A stretch of 64,000 nucleotides of DNA from Candidatus Latescibacterota bacterium (GCA_965205975.1 OZ242195.1:1-64000); one strand, 5' to 3'; shown: positions 19,021 to 29,280, numbered from the stretch's first letter. A program made the numbers and translations. Notes: generated from the sequence alone by a model not told the origin.

Positions 19021-20252
19021 TAGCAGTTTTTGCAATTAATTTGCTGCGGTGAATTTGAGGTTGACAAAAGCTGCTGGACTGAGTGTATTTCTCAATATGA
19101 AACTCACATTACAAATACAGCTTTTTCCGAACTCTGGTGACGCTGGCAAGTTAAGAGAAACCATTGAGCGGTTTAACGAAGCTGCCAACTGGCTCGCGCC
19201 AAAAGCCTTTGAGCGTAAGTTGGCCAATAAGATAGCATTGCAAAAGTTATACTATTATGATCTGCGAGGCCGATTTGGCCTCTCTGCACAGATGGCATGT
19301 CTTTGTATTTCAAAAGTTGTAGAAGCATACAAGCGTGACAAAGAGGTGCAGCCATCTTTTCGTAAGCATGCGAGCATACCGTGTGACCAACGCCTCTATA
19401 GCTTCAAAGGCACAGATCGTGTATCCCTACTTACGCTTGAGGGGCGCGTGATTATCCCTATAATCATGGGGAAGTATCAGCAAGAACAGTTTGGCTATGC
19501 CAAAGGGCAATCAGATCTTGTGCTTCGCAAAGATGGCAAGTGGTTCTTTCTCGTCTCTGTTGATGTACCCGATAGGATGCCAACACCAACAACAGACTTT
19601 ATTGGCATTGATCTCGGTGTTGTCAACCTCGCCACGGCAGACGACGGCCAAACATTCTCTGGCGACAGCGTTGAGCGCATACGCCAAAAATATCACAACT
19701 TGCGTAAAGCGTTGCAAAAAAAGGCTGATTCTGTCAAAAAGGTGGGTAAGCGTCCCAAGTCTATAAAGCGCAAGTTGCGCGTTGTATCCAGGAAAGAAAG
19801 TAACTACCGTAGAAACGTCAACCATATTATTTCTAAATGCATCGTTGAGAAGGCTAAAGACACTGGCAAAGGGATCGCCCTTGAGAAACTCAAAGGTATC
19901 CGCAAGAGCCAGACTCGGTTTCGCAAGCCTCAGCGTGCAAAAATGTCTGGATGGTCTTTTCACCAACTCCGCACGTTTATCGAATACAAGGCGAAGCGTG
20001 CTGGTGTGAAAGTTTTGCCTGTCAAGCCCGCATATACCAGCCGAACTTGTGCCGAGTGCGGACACTGTAACAAAGCGAATCGTCCATCCCAAGACATCTT
20101 CCATTGCAAGCAGTGTGGGCATACAGACCATGCTGACCGTAACGCCGCTCGGAACATCCGAGCAAGGGCTTTGTGTCAACAAGCCTAATGCGGACGACCA
20201 CATTTATGTGGGAGAGCTGCAAGCCACTGGTTTTAGCCGCGTGGTGGTTGAC
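19021..20252 (+). mobile_element. Non-autonomous IS200/IS605-family element; right end clear, left end uncertain
   Basis: Right-end motif CAAGCCACTGGTTTTAGCCGCGTGGTGGTTGAC ends at 20252; GTCAAC (20175-20180) complements GTTGAC (20247-20252); imperfect inverted repeat 19021-19032/19065-19076 upstream. Confidence 0.65.
19097..20188 (+). CDS. tnpB: RNA-guided endonuclease TnpB (IS200/IS605, IS1341-like solo)
   Basis: RuvC-I GIDLG, RuvC-II IALEKL, Zn finger CAECGH..CKQCGH, RuvC-III HADRNAARNI; no tnpA adjacent. Confidence 0.92.
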   Translation: MKLTLQIQLFPNSGDAGKLRETIERFNEAANWLAPKAFERKLANKIALQKLYYYDLRGRFGLSAQMACLCISKVVEAYKRDKEVQPSFRKHASIPCDQRLYSFKGTDRVSLLTLEGRVIIPIIMGKYQQEQFGYAKGQSDLVLRKDGKWFFLVSVDVPDRMPTPTTDFIGIDLGVVNLATADDGQTFSGDSVERIRQKYHNLRKALQKKADSVKKVGKRPKSIKRKLRVVSRKESNYRRNVNHIISKCIVEKAKDTGKGIALEKLKGIRKSQTRFRKPQRAKMSGWSFHQLRTFIEYKAKRAGVKVLPVKPAYTSRTCAECGHCNKANRPSQDIFHCKQCGHTDHADRNAARNIRARALCQQA

Positions 20253-20272
20253 TCCTTGTTCTGGGGAATACT
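20130..20272 (+). ncRNA. Predicted TnpB omegaRNA (reRNA); guide approx. 20253-20272
   Basis: Known layout: scaffold overlaps the tnpB 3' end and right end, guide is the flanking DNA (TCCTTGTTCTGGGGAATACT); 5' boundary is a guess. Confidence 0.55.
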
Positions 20273-20403
20273 TCTATAAGTTTCAATCCAATGATCCTTT
20301 ACCTTTACCTGAAATAACTTCCCCGCCGACTCAAATATGCGCCGTAAATATTGAGCCTGAGTTCCAGAATGTTCTCTTGAGATAAATCTGATGGGATAAA
20401 AAC

Positions 20404-20436
20404 TTGACATGTGTGTGGTATTGATTATGATAGAAT
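20404..20436 (+). promoter_or_regulatory. Near-consensus sigma-70 promoter
   Basis: TTGACA 20404-20409, 16 nt, TATGAT 20426-20431; overlapping extended -10 TGaTAGAAT 20428-20436. Confidence 0.65.
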
Positions 20437-20437
20437 C

Positions 20438-20561
20438 GCCAGTGGACGAAATTCGGCTTCATAGCCGTGTGATTGCCGGGCTGCGGTTCGCGTAATCCTA
20501 TATCCTTGGCTTTTTATTTTTTCCCCCAGGCCAAAGCCGCTGCTATTGAGCGGCTTTTTTT
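20438..20561 (+). ncRNA. Candidate structured small RNA (three-way junction), family not recognised
   Basis: Outer stem GCCAG(T)GGA/TCCTTGGC; hairpins CGGCT-tcat-AGCCG and GATTGC-CGGGC-tgcg-GTTCG-c-GTAATC; lies between promoter and terminator. Confidence 0.5.
20533..20561 (+). terminator. Rho-independent terminator
   Basis: AAAGCCGCT-gctattg-AGCGGCTTT, ending in a run of seven T. Confidence 0.75.
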
Positions 20562-20571
20562 GTGTAATACT

Positions 20572-23500
20572 ACCGCTTGCCCCCCGTCTGTGGGGAGATT
20601 TTTGCGAAAATTCGCCAAATTGATGCTGACGGCGGTACATCCCCACGCTTGTGGGGAGATTTCAAATGGCTCGTCAATCGGCGGCCCGATCGTCGGTACA
20701 TCCCCACGCTTGTGGGGAGATTCAGATAATGCCAGAATAAGTCGCCAGATTTCGCGGTACATCCCCACGCTTGTGGGGAGATTGTTCACGATGGAATCAG
20801 CACAACGAATTCAAACGGTACATCCCCACGCTTGTGGGGAGATTTGGATTTCCAGTATCTTCGCCAAGCTCAATCACGGTACATCCCCACGCTTGTGGGG
20901 AGATTACGAATATAGATTCGCGTCCCGGTGTAGATCGCGGTACATCCCCACGCTTGTGGGGAGATTCAGCCCCCAGTCAATAAGGCGTTGGGTCTATCAG
21001 GTACATCCCCACGCTTGTGGGGAGATTTCGCTAACAGTGAGCGCATCCCCTCTCGACAACGGTACATCCCCACGCTTGTGGGGAGATTCGTCTCTCCGGC
21101 AACATACGCGGCGGTATTGGCGGTACATCCCCACGCTTGTGGGGAGATTGGATAAGGGCATGGCTAATATCCTCATGGAAATGGTACATCCCCACGCTTG
21201 TGGGGAGATTAATACGGCTCTAATGCGGCGTTGTCCGCTAAATGGTACATCCCCACGCTTGTGGGGAGATTTTTTTCCTCTCCGTCAATTGTGATACTGA
21301 AATCGGTACATCCCCACGCTTGTGGGGAGATTACTGCTCCCGCACATGCAGTCATGGATTGAGTAGGTACATCCCCACGCTTGTGGGGAGATTTGAGCGC
21401 ACCCGTAAGGGATACGCCGCCGAAGCGGTACATCCCCACGCTTGTGGGGAGATTCTCTATCAATTCCCAAAGCAACCCAAAGGCGGCGGTACATCCCCAC
21501 GCTTGTGGGGAGATTCGCAATCGCGGCGTTTGAATCAACCCACTTGCCGGTACATCCCCACGCTTGTGGGGAGATTAGAAAAAAGGATAATACATTATAG
21601 CGTTTTTTCGGTACATCCCCACGCTTGTGGGGAGATTGGCAGGAGATGGACAAGGCGGGTGTCATAGTGCGGTACATCCCCACGCTTGTGGGGAGATTGA
21701 CGGCGGGTATTGACGACTTTGTAATGTTAGCGGTACATCCCCACGCTTGTGGGGAGATTTAAGGTGCTAACTGAACGAGGGTTGATTCACCCGGTACATC
21801 CCCACGCTTGTGGGGAGATTGCTCCACACGTCAGCATTTGTGCCAGTGATGCCGGTACATCCCCACGCTTGTGGGGAGATTCCCTTAAACTCACGGGCGC
21901 GTTGCTCCTGAATCGGTACATCCCCACGCTTGTGGGGAGATTCCGCGCAATGGCAACAAAATAAAACGCTTTTACGGTACATCCCCACGCTTGTGGGGAG
22001 ATTCATCAGGAAACATGACATCATATTGCGTCTCGCGGTACATCCCCACGCTTGTGGGGAGATTTCACCCGCAAACAACGCGCATGGATTGTGAACCGGT
22101 ACATCCCCACGCTTGTGGGGAGATTCTTGAGCGAGGGACTGCTCCCGCACATGCAGTCGGTACATCCCCACGCTTGTGGGGAGATTTTCCTCCGCCGCGC
22201 CGGTTGCGGATTCCCAAACGGTACATCCCCACGCTTGTGGGGAGATTATCCCCACATAAAATCAAACTGGTCATTTTCGGTACATCCCCACGCTTGTGGG
22301 GAGATTTGGGATAGGAAAGAAAGAAAGTTGTATATATGCGGTACATCCCCACGCTTGTGGGGAGATTCCCATAGTGCCACCTTTAGGGATCCGTGACGAC
22401 GGTACATCCCCACGCTTGTGGGGAGATTGTACCTGTATTTACGTTATTATGCACAAGAATAGGTACATCCCCACGCTTGTGGGGAGATTGGAAGCTCAAA
22501 ACCATCACGCAACATTTGAACCGGTACATCCCCACGCTTGTGGGGAGATTCACAGGAGGATACAGCAATGGACATGGGAAAACGGTACATCCCCACGCTT
22601 GTGGGGAGATTAGAACGTAACAAATGAGAAAAAACGCGATACCCGGTACATCCCCACGCTTGTGGGGAGATTCAACGCCCGCGTGTATGCCGCGCCGTTC
22701 ATTCCGGTACATCCCCACGCTTGTGGGGAGATTGCGCAGGTCCTCAATTTGCGTCTGCAATTCGCCGGTACATCCCCACGCTTGTGGGGAGATTGTCCGC
22801 AAGGTTGCCGTCAATGCTCTCAAGGACGGTACATCCCCACGCTTGTGGGGAGATTGCAAGCGTGAACGCCCGCCAGAAGCGACATTACGGTACATCCCCA
22901 CGCTTGTGGGGAGATTCTGTTATCACAACAAAATCATTAAAAAGTTTCTGGTACATCCCCACGCTTGTGGGGAGATTTTGTCGATGAGAAATTGCCTTCG
23001 CTGTCTAACCGGTACATCCCCACGCTTGTGGGGAGATTAACCCGACACCGGCGGCGATTGACAGGGGAACCGGTACATCCCCACGCTTGTGGGGAGATTC
23101 CAATTATCAAGAGTTCGTTCAGAATCGTGGACGGTACATCCCCACGCTTGTGGGGAGATTGTCTGAAAGATCGAAAACGAGGGAACATTCGGCGGTACAT
23201 CCCCACGCTTGTGGGGAGATTTTGTCACTGAACGACGAATTAAAGAAGAGCAACGGTACATCCCCACGCTTGTGGGGAGATTTAGAAACATCACCATCCG
23301 TTGCGCCACCGCGCCGGTACATCCCCACGCTTGTGGGGAGATTTGTTGCGTGATGCATTCCCCGCCCTGTTGAATCGGTACATCCCCACGCTTGTGGGGA
23401 GATTGGAAGCCGACAACAGACCTGCCATCTGCCTACCGGTACATCCCCACGCTTGTGGGGAGATTCCGCGACGACGACGACGAACACGAGTCGGTTTAGG

Positions 23501-25730
23501 TGCATCCCCACGCTTGTGGGGAGATTGAACACATGGCGCGGATCGTGGCGCGTTAAAACGGTACATCCCCACGCTTGTGGGGAGATTCGATAGTCAATCA
23601 GGCGCGCGAGGGGATGGTTCGGTACATCCCCACGCTTGTGGGGAGATTTCTATCAGACGAAAAATATCGGTGATGCGAATCGGTACATCCCCACGCTTGT
23701 GGGGAGATTAGCAAAAAAAGGATGAGCACAGGTAAGAGCCTCGGTACATCCCCACGCTTGTGGGGAGATTGGTGAGGAGGCGGCCTATGCGTCCGAGCCG
23801 AGCGGTACATCCCCACGCTTGTGGGGAGATTGGCCAGCCCCATTCCCCGACGGTTGGCTATGTCGGTACATCCCCACGCTTGTGGGGAGATTCCGTCCAC
23901 TTCCAAGCGGGCATCATGCCACTTCGGTACATCCCCACGCTTGTGGGGAGATTTACTATCCAGAGAAAGCGTTGCGTTCTGGGCGCGGTACATCCCCACG
24001 CTTGTGGGGAGATTGGAAGCTGGAGGGGTTGGTATCATTCGACCCCTGGTACATCCCCACGCTTGTGGGGAGATTGGTGGCAGTGCTGGTATCGGCATCC
24101 CTGAATACGGTACATCCCCACGCTTGTGGGGAGATTGTAACCCTACGATCGCTCGGGACAAAATTAGCCGGTACATCCCCACGCTTGTGGGGAGATTCCA
24201 CTGATCGAATTGATGAACAGGATGTCGTCCGGTACATCCCCACGCTTGTGGGGAGATTGATACAGGTGTAGATCAGTGGCCTGCACAGACCGGTACATCC
24301 CCACGCTTGTGGGGAGATTGGCTTGGACACAGAGCATGTGGCGAGTTCGGAAGGTACATCCCCACGCTTGTGGGGAGATTCATCCGGGCATAGCAACTTG
24401 CGACCCTTTCGGCGGTACATCCCCACGCTTGTGGGGAGATTCACCTGCAAACCAATCATCAGGCGTAACGCCCCGGTACATCCCCACGCTTGTGGGGAGA
24501 TTCGTGCGTCATTGGCACGCCGATCAGAATGACACGGTACATCCCCACGCTTGTGGGGAGATTGTTACACCGAAAAGTAGTTGACATTCATAGTGCGGTA
24601 CATCCCCACGCTTGTGGGGAGATTGTGCATCGATGCGGCACAACCGCATGATAGGACGGTACATCCCCACGCTTGTGGGGAGATTGACACCCACACGGAT
24701 CATGAGCGGCAATGGTTCGGTACATCCCCACGCTTGTGGGGAGATTGCTATTCGCGATATCGAACAGGCCGCCGACCTCGGTACATCCCCACGCTTGTGG
24801 GGAGATTGAACGCCTGTAACACACGCGGCACACGTAGAGCGGTACATCCCCACGCTTGTGGGGAGATTTCAGTGAGCATCCACAATGGCGGCACCGACGA
24901 GGTACATCCCCACGCTTGTGGGGAGATTTCTTGAACAGATACGTGTGACGTGATTGTTGCCGCGGTACATCCCCACGCTTGTGGGGAGATTGTATCGAAA
25001 TCGCCAGGCTGATAGCGGAATATCGGTACATCCCCACGCTTGTGGGGAGATTACGAAGGCGACGGGCATCATAGATTGCAGCCATGGCGGTACATCCCCA
25101 CGCTTGTGGGGAGATTTGCGATGAGGCCGACGAGTAGCATCCCGAGCTCGGTACATCCCCACGCTTGTGGGGAGATTGGCCCGCTTCCATCAAGAGCCGC
25201 AGGCGTCTGCGGTACATCCCCACGCTTGTGGGGAGATTGGTTGATGAGAATGACAAAGCCGCGGTATTTTACGGTACATCCCCACGCTTGTGGGGAGATT
25301 CCAATCGGACATCCATGTATCTCTATGAGTGACGGTACATCCCCACGCTTGTGGGGAGATTGAAGCGATAGTTGAGTCTAAGGTATCTGGCCTCGGTACA
25401 TCCCCACGCTTGTGGGGAGATTCGGCGATCAGCGAGAAATACCCATAGTGCCACCGGTACATCCCCACGCTTGTGGGGAGATTCCAGACATCAGATCACA
25501 CGCCCATTGCGAGCGGTACATCCCCACGCTTGTGGGGAGATTCCATTCAGCAGACAGCGGAAGCCACGGTGTAACGCCGGTACATCCCCACGCTTGTGGG
25601 GAGATTTGCTCATCCTTTTTATGCTTTTAATTCTCTGCGGTACATCCCCACGCTTGTGGGGAGATTGTCGGAACGCCTTTCGAACCGATAGTGTTCGGGA
25701 ACGGTACATCCCCACGCTTGTGGGGAGATT
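20572..25730 (-). CRISPR. Type I-E CRISPR array: 84 full 29-nt repeats plus 1 degenerate trailer repeat, 84 spacers (mostly 32 nt)
   Basis: Repeat on + strand CGGTACATCCCCACGCTTGTGGGGAGATT (crRNA sense AATCTCCCCACAAGCGTGGGGATGTACCG), ~61-bp period; degenerate copy at 20572-20600 marks the trailer; counted by hand. Confidence 0.98.
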
Positions 25731-25804
25731 ACCAATATCTTCCCTAAGAAGAACTCATGCACCACAATATCTTGTATATTTAGAAATCTGAAAATCCCCT
25801 AAAC
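25731..25804 (-). promoter_or_regulatory. CRISPR leader (short, AT-rich)
   Basis: 74 bp between the cas2 stop and the first repeat. Confidence 0.7.
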
Positions 25805-26110
25805 TCATACTATTTCATCATATCTGATCTGTTCATCCCAATCTTCGGCGATGAGAAACAACCCTGATTCCTGAACTACTCGGCGCTTGGTTTCACCAAA
25901 AGTTTGAATGTGAAACCCTTGTGTACTATTATCGGATGCAATAATCAAAAGACCCAAATCAGGCGCATTGCGTCGAACATATTCAATGGTTTTTTCCCGT
26001 GTTCGACGGTTGACAGTTCCTACAAAAACATTGGGACGAGGTTCAACAAACCATCGTTTCAGTAGCCCGCGAATTGCGGGTGGCGTGTCATTCGCAACAA
26101 TCACGGTCAT
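25805..26110 (-). CDS. cas2: Type I-E Cas2
   Basis: MTVIVANDTPPAIRGLLKRWFVEPRPNVFVG; position after cas1. Confidence 0.95.
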   Translation of the reverse strand: MTVIVANDTPPAIRGLLKRWFVEPRPNVFVGTVNRRTREKTIEYVRRNAPDLGLLIIASDNSTQGFHIQTFGETKRRVVQESGLFLIAEDWDEQIRYDEIV

Positions 26111-26940
26111 GCCAGCAGTTCCTCTATATCCTCTGGAATCTTTTGTAAGAGGCTGTGTTTTTCAATGCAGTTTTTTAACTGCGCCAAAACTTGCTTTCCA
26201 CTGGCCTCTGGATTGATGCTCAAAGTTTGAAAGGCTGCAACAAGCGTTGTCTTGGGTTTGTAGATGTCGGCAATATCAAATACAAAAGGCAATGTGCCGC
26301 CGCTGTGAATAAAACCCAATTGTGGCAAATATCCCATTGAGCAAACAATGGCCGTGCATAAAGCATATAGAGAAGCATTTGCGGCTGAAATTGCACGATT
26401 AATATTGTCTGCCAAAGACCAATTTCTGGGATTATAGTTGCGTCCTTTCCATGTCACGCCGTATCTGTGTCCCATATCTGCATACAGGTTCCGGATACGT
26501 ACGCCTTCCATCCCGCGCAATTCTTTAATGGCCTTTGATTTTACATCTACATTGGGAAAACGCCTTGCAAACATTCGCCGGGCAATTTCAGTTCGTCTCT
26601 TTCGAGACGCATGTGCCGCAGCTTGCTTTCGAGCACGAGCATTATCATGCGTTGGTGTCACCCCAAACGCATAAAAACGCATCGCTTCTTCTCCAATCCA
26701 ACAAATTGGTGTGTTGGAATCGCTACACGCTTTTACAGCCGCATGTGTCACTGTTGTTCCTGGCCCAAGCATTAACGTGCTTACTGTGGCAACAGGAATA
26801 CGCATAATTGTGCGGTCTGCACCAATCCATTTCACGCTTGAATCATCTACCTCCAGACGACCACGTTCCAGATATAGAGGCGTCCAGCGGTCTTTTGCTG
26901 GCGTGAGGGTTTCAATTGGAGGTTTTTCAAAAATAGGCAT
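26107..26940 (-). CDS. cas1: Type I-E Cas1
   Basis: LMLGPGTTVTHAA, ELRGMEGVRIR, GFIHSG..LPFVFDIADIYK. Confidence 0.97.
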   Translation of the reverse strand: MPIFEKPPIETLTPAKDRWTPLYLERGRLEVDDSSVKWIGADRTIMRIPVATVSTLMLGPGTTVTHAAVKACSDSNTPICWIGEEAMRFYAFGVTPTHDNARARKQAAAHASRKRRTEIARRMFARRFPNVDVKSKAIKELRGMEGVRIRNLYADMGHRYGVTWKGRNYNPRNWSLADNINRAISAANASLYALCTAIVCSMGYLPQLGFIHSGGTLPFVFDIADIYKPKTTLVAAFQTLSINPEASGKQVLAQLKNCIEKHSLLQKIPEDIEELLA

Positions 26941-26942
26941 AT

Positions 26943-27614
26943 CTAAGAATCTCCGTTAGGGAGGTCTTCGACGCAAACCCGTCGCATGGAAAATTCTCGC
27001 GTATCAAAATTGAGAGGTAAATCAGGTAAGGTATCCGTACCCTGCTCAAAATCCTCGACATCCGTTATACACCGCTGGATTTCACCTTTGGAAATCTGTT
27101 TGAGATGATTGATGGCATCGTCTCGCGTAACAAAAATACCTTGTGCAATCGGTGACGCAGGAATACATGCCTTGCGTCCAAGCCATAAGCCCCACTTCGG
27201 ATTTCGCAAAGCCGAATCACATCTTTCAAGCAGGTTGTTGTCTCCACTTAAAAGTACTCCAAACTTTGCATCAGATAGATATTCGCGGAATGTAATAACC
27301 GCATCCTTAGCGCGTGATCCGGATGCAATGCGTGGAATATTTGAAGAACCGGGTTCGTATCCTCCACCGACTGTGTGGTAATCAATCCAGCGGCTGCTCA
27401 AGTGAAGAGACAGCACTTCCATCTTCAATGCTGCCAATTCTCTCAATGTGTCAACATCAGACTTTGGGACGCCCAGTGCCGCGCACAAGATACCCAATAC
27501 GCCACTTTTGGTCGGATAAGACAAGGATGTTCTTCGGTTAAATCGGCTTTGATAGCCCCATGCTTGCATGGGACCGTCGAGATATAAAGCCAGCACGGAA
27601 TTATTGGTCTGCAT
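26943..27614 (-). CDS. cas5: Type I-E Cas5 (CasD)
   Basis: LDGPMQAWG, PTKSGVLGILCAALG, DYHTV, REYLSDA, LGRKACIP. Confidence 0.95.
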   Translation of the reverse strand: MQTNNSVLALYLDGPMQAWGYQSRFNRRTSLSYPTKSGVLGILCAALGVPKSDVDTLRELAALKMEVLSLHLSSRWIDYHTVGGGYEPGSSNIPRIASGSRAKDAVITFREYLSDAKFGVLLSGDNNLLERCDSALRNPKWGLWLGRKACIPASPIAQGIFVTRDDAINHLKQISKGEIQRCITDVEDFEQGTDTLPDLPLNFDTREFSMRRVCVEDLPNGDS

Positions 27615-28659
27615 CTTTGGTCATCGCCTCACAGAAAGAATTCAAATCCACATCGGGAATAGCAGCTTCTGTTGCTTCGATACCATAAATTTGCTTCAAT
27701 GTTTCATAGTGCCCTTTTAATGCGGCTACTGAAGGTTCGATATAGCCATTGCTGTTTTTGATACCGCCTTCAAAAGCATTGGCAAGTGACAAAGGCTGCC
27801 CTTCTCGTCTGAGTCCCAAAACAAAAGCAGGTGGATTGTGACCAAACATGGAATTTTTGCGTGCATTGGGAACAGCCAAGATTGAAGCACGTATAAACGT
27901 ATCTACCACCGCCTCTCGCTCTTCTTCAGAAAGGTGCTTCAAGTGATTTTGATCTGCCAACAAATCTAAGTTCAAACCAATATATCGGTAATAGCATGCC
28001 GAGTTAAATTCCAATGTACCAATATGACCTGCACCCTCTGATGTCTCGGGTTGCAGGTCATCAACTGCCGAGAAGAAATCAATGTCGTTACTCACGCGAT
28101 GAGTGGATAATGCATGGCTAAACAAACCCGCACCCTCTACCATCAACGTATGATCTTTTGCCACCATACGACCAAAAATTGCAATATCAGCCATGTCACC
28201 TGGCGTGATGTCTAATATAGCTTTTTTTAGCGTACCTGTTTTCAGATTAACTTCACCTTTTTCGCGTATTTGTTCTGCTGCCATTTTTGCAATGCCAGCC
28301 ACTTCATTCGGCGTCAAGTATAATGCCACAGATGTTTTATATCCCTCTTTGTATTTGCTATCTTGATCGCCGATGAATTTTGCGATTTTTTCGGCGTTTT
28401 CTTCGGCTTTGGCTGCGTCGATATTTTCTGCTTCAAGTGCCTGTTCAATTTTTTTTGCAAAATAATGGCTACGCTTACCATCAAAGAGCACGGGTTGGGT
28501 TTTTGACGCCATTTCCCGAATGGCGCGTTTCCAAGACTGGCTGCTCACACGCGCACGTTGCACACCGCCAAAAAAGGCAGTTTTGGGAGCATTGAGATCA
28601 TCCCGATTGAGGCAAGTCACGGGAAAAGATTGAATGATGTGAAGTTCAATGAGTTTCAT
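27601..28659 (-). CDS. cas7: Type I-E Cas7 (CasC)
   Basis: IELHIIQSFPVTCLNRDD, RARVSSQSWKRAIR, DIAIFGRM, DFFSAVDD. Confidence 0.97.
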   Translation of the reverse strand: MKLIELHIIQSFPVTCLNRDDLNAPKTAFFGGVQRARVSSQSWKRAIREMASKTQPVLFDGKRSHYFAKKIEQALEAENIDAAKAEENAEKIAKFIGDQDSKYKEGYKTSVALYLTPNEVAGIAKMAAEQIREKGEVNLKTGTLKKAILDITPGDMADIAIFGRMVAKDHTLMVEGAGLFSHALSTHRVSNDIDFFSAVDDLQPETSEGAGHIGTLEFNSACYYRYIGLNLDLLADQNHLKHLSEEEREAVVDTFIRASILAVPNARKNSMFGHNPPAFVLGLRREGQPLSLANAFEGGIKNSNGYIEPSVAALKGHYETLKQIYGIEATEAAIPDVDLNSFCEAMTKDADQ

Positions 28660-28671
28660 GGGCACTTCTCC

Positions 28672-29280
28672 TTATCCAAGTGGTTGTAAAACGAGCATGC
28701 CAAAACCAAAGGCTTTGGCTGGACCAATACCTATTTGAAAGGCATCTTTGAAATGGTTTTGATTCTGTACTTGTAATGTTCCGCGAAAATCCACACAGAT
28801 ATGCTTTCCTTGTCTATTTTTGCGCCGAAAGTATTGTGTCACAGGTGCGCCGACTTCAACATTGAGGATTGCAAAGCCATGTTGTTGCGCTTTGTTTTGT
28901 AGCCATTCATTGAGTTGATCCGGATCATAAATGGCCGTGCGTCGTCCGTTTTTCTTTCGTTCACCTGACTCGCTGCGGATAACCCGCTTAATAGTAGGAT
29001 TGGCACGGAGGTCAAAGCGATAATGCGTGTATTCGAGAAAATTGGAGGCAATTTCACGAGTGGCCCATTCGCCCCAGGGCTGCATCATCGGCGCACGATC
29101 AGATAAGAGATAAATGCGATAATTCTGACCGTAATTATCCACACGACTCAAAAAAGATCGAGGTGTTCCAGCAGGTGCAGGGAACGCCTTCCAAAGTGCT
29201 TGATGCCACCTATAACTGTCTGTCAACCGATGTTGAAGTGCGTCGCGCTTATTGATTAAAATTTGGGTAAGATATTTCAT
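28672..29280 (-). CDS. cas6e: Type I-E Cas6e (CasE)
   Basis: YRWHQALW, FDLRANP, Gly-rich GIGPAKAFGFGML. Confidence 0.95.
   Translation of the reverse strand: MKYLTQILINKRDALQHRLTDSYRWHQALWKAFPAPAGTPRSFLSRVDNYGQNYRIYLLSDRAPMMQPWGEWATREIASNFLEYTHYRFDLRANPTIKRVIRSESGERKKNGRRTAIYDPDQLNEWLQNKAQQHGFAILNVEVGAPVTQYFRRKNRQGKHICVDFRGTLQVQNQNHFKDAFQIGIGPAKAFGFGMLVLQPLG

Noticed and set aside
19097..20188. Calling the RuvC protein a Cas12f effector of the adjacent array
   Set aside because: The repeat is type I-E with a full Cascade/Cas3 operon; the gene keeps an IS200/IS605 right end and lies at the trailer side
20253..20272. TnpB guide contains TGGGGAATAC, resembling type I-E repeat ends
   Set aside because: The match to this array's repeat is only about 6 nt and I saw no target in the window; likely chance
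20173..20410. Short ORFs on both strands between tnpB and the orphan promoter
   Set aside because: No RBS or recognisable domain; possibly a remnant of a gene disrupted by the IS, but unsupported
20438..20510. Hammerhead ribozyme or tRNA interpretation (GGACGAAA; CTTCATA loop; GGTTCG)
   Set aside because: No CUGANGA core or valid NUH site; no cloverleaf with a proper 7-nt anticodon loop and T-arm
22248..22277. Short spacer starting with ATCCCCAC, identical to part of the repeat
   Set aside because: An 8-nt match in a single spacer; cannot be told from chance
20601..25701. Self-targeting spacers within the window
   Set aside because: Only short (11 nt or less) matches were noticed by eye; a full BLAST is needed, so the absence is not proven
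20473..25791. Many ORFs with repeating VHPHACGEI / YIPTLVGR / GTSPRLWGD peptides
   Set aside because: They are translations of the CRISPR repeats, not proteins
28672..29280. cas6e placed between casB and cas7 rather than after cas5
   Set aside because: A known gene-order variant of type I-E
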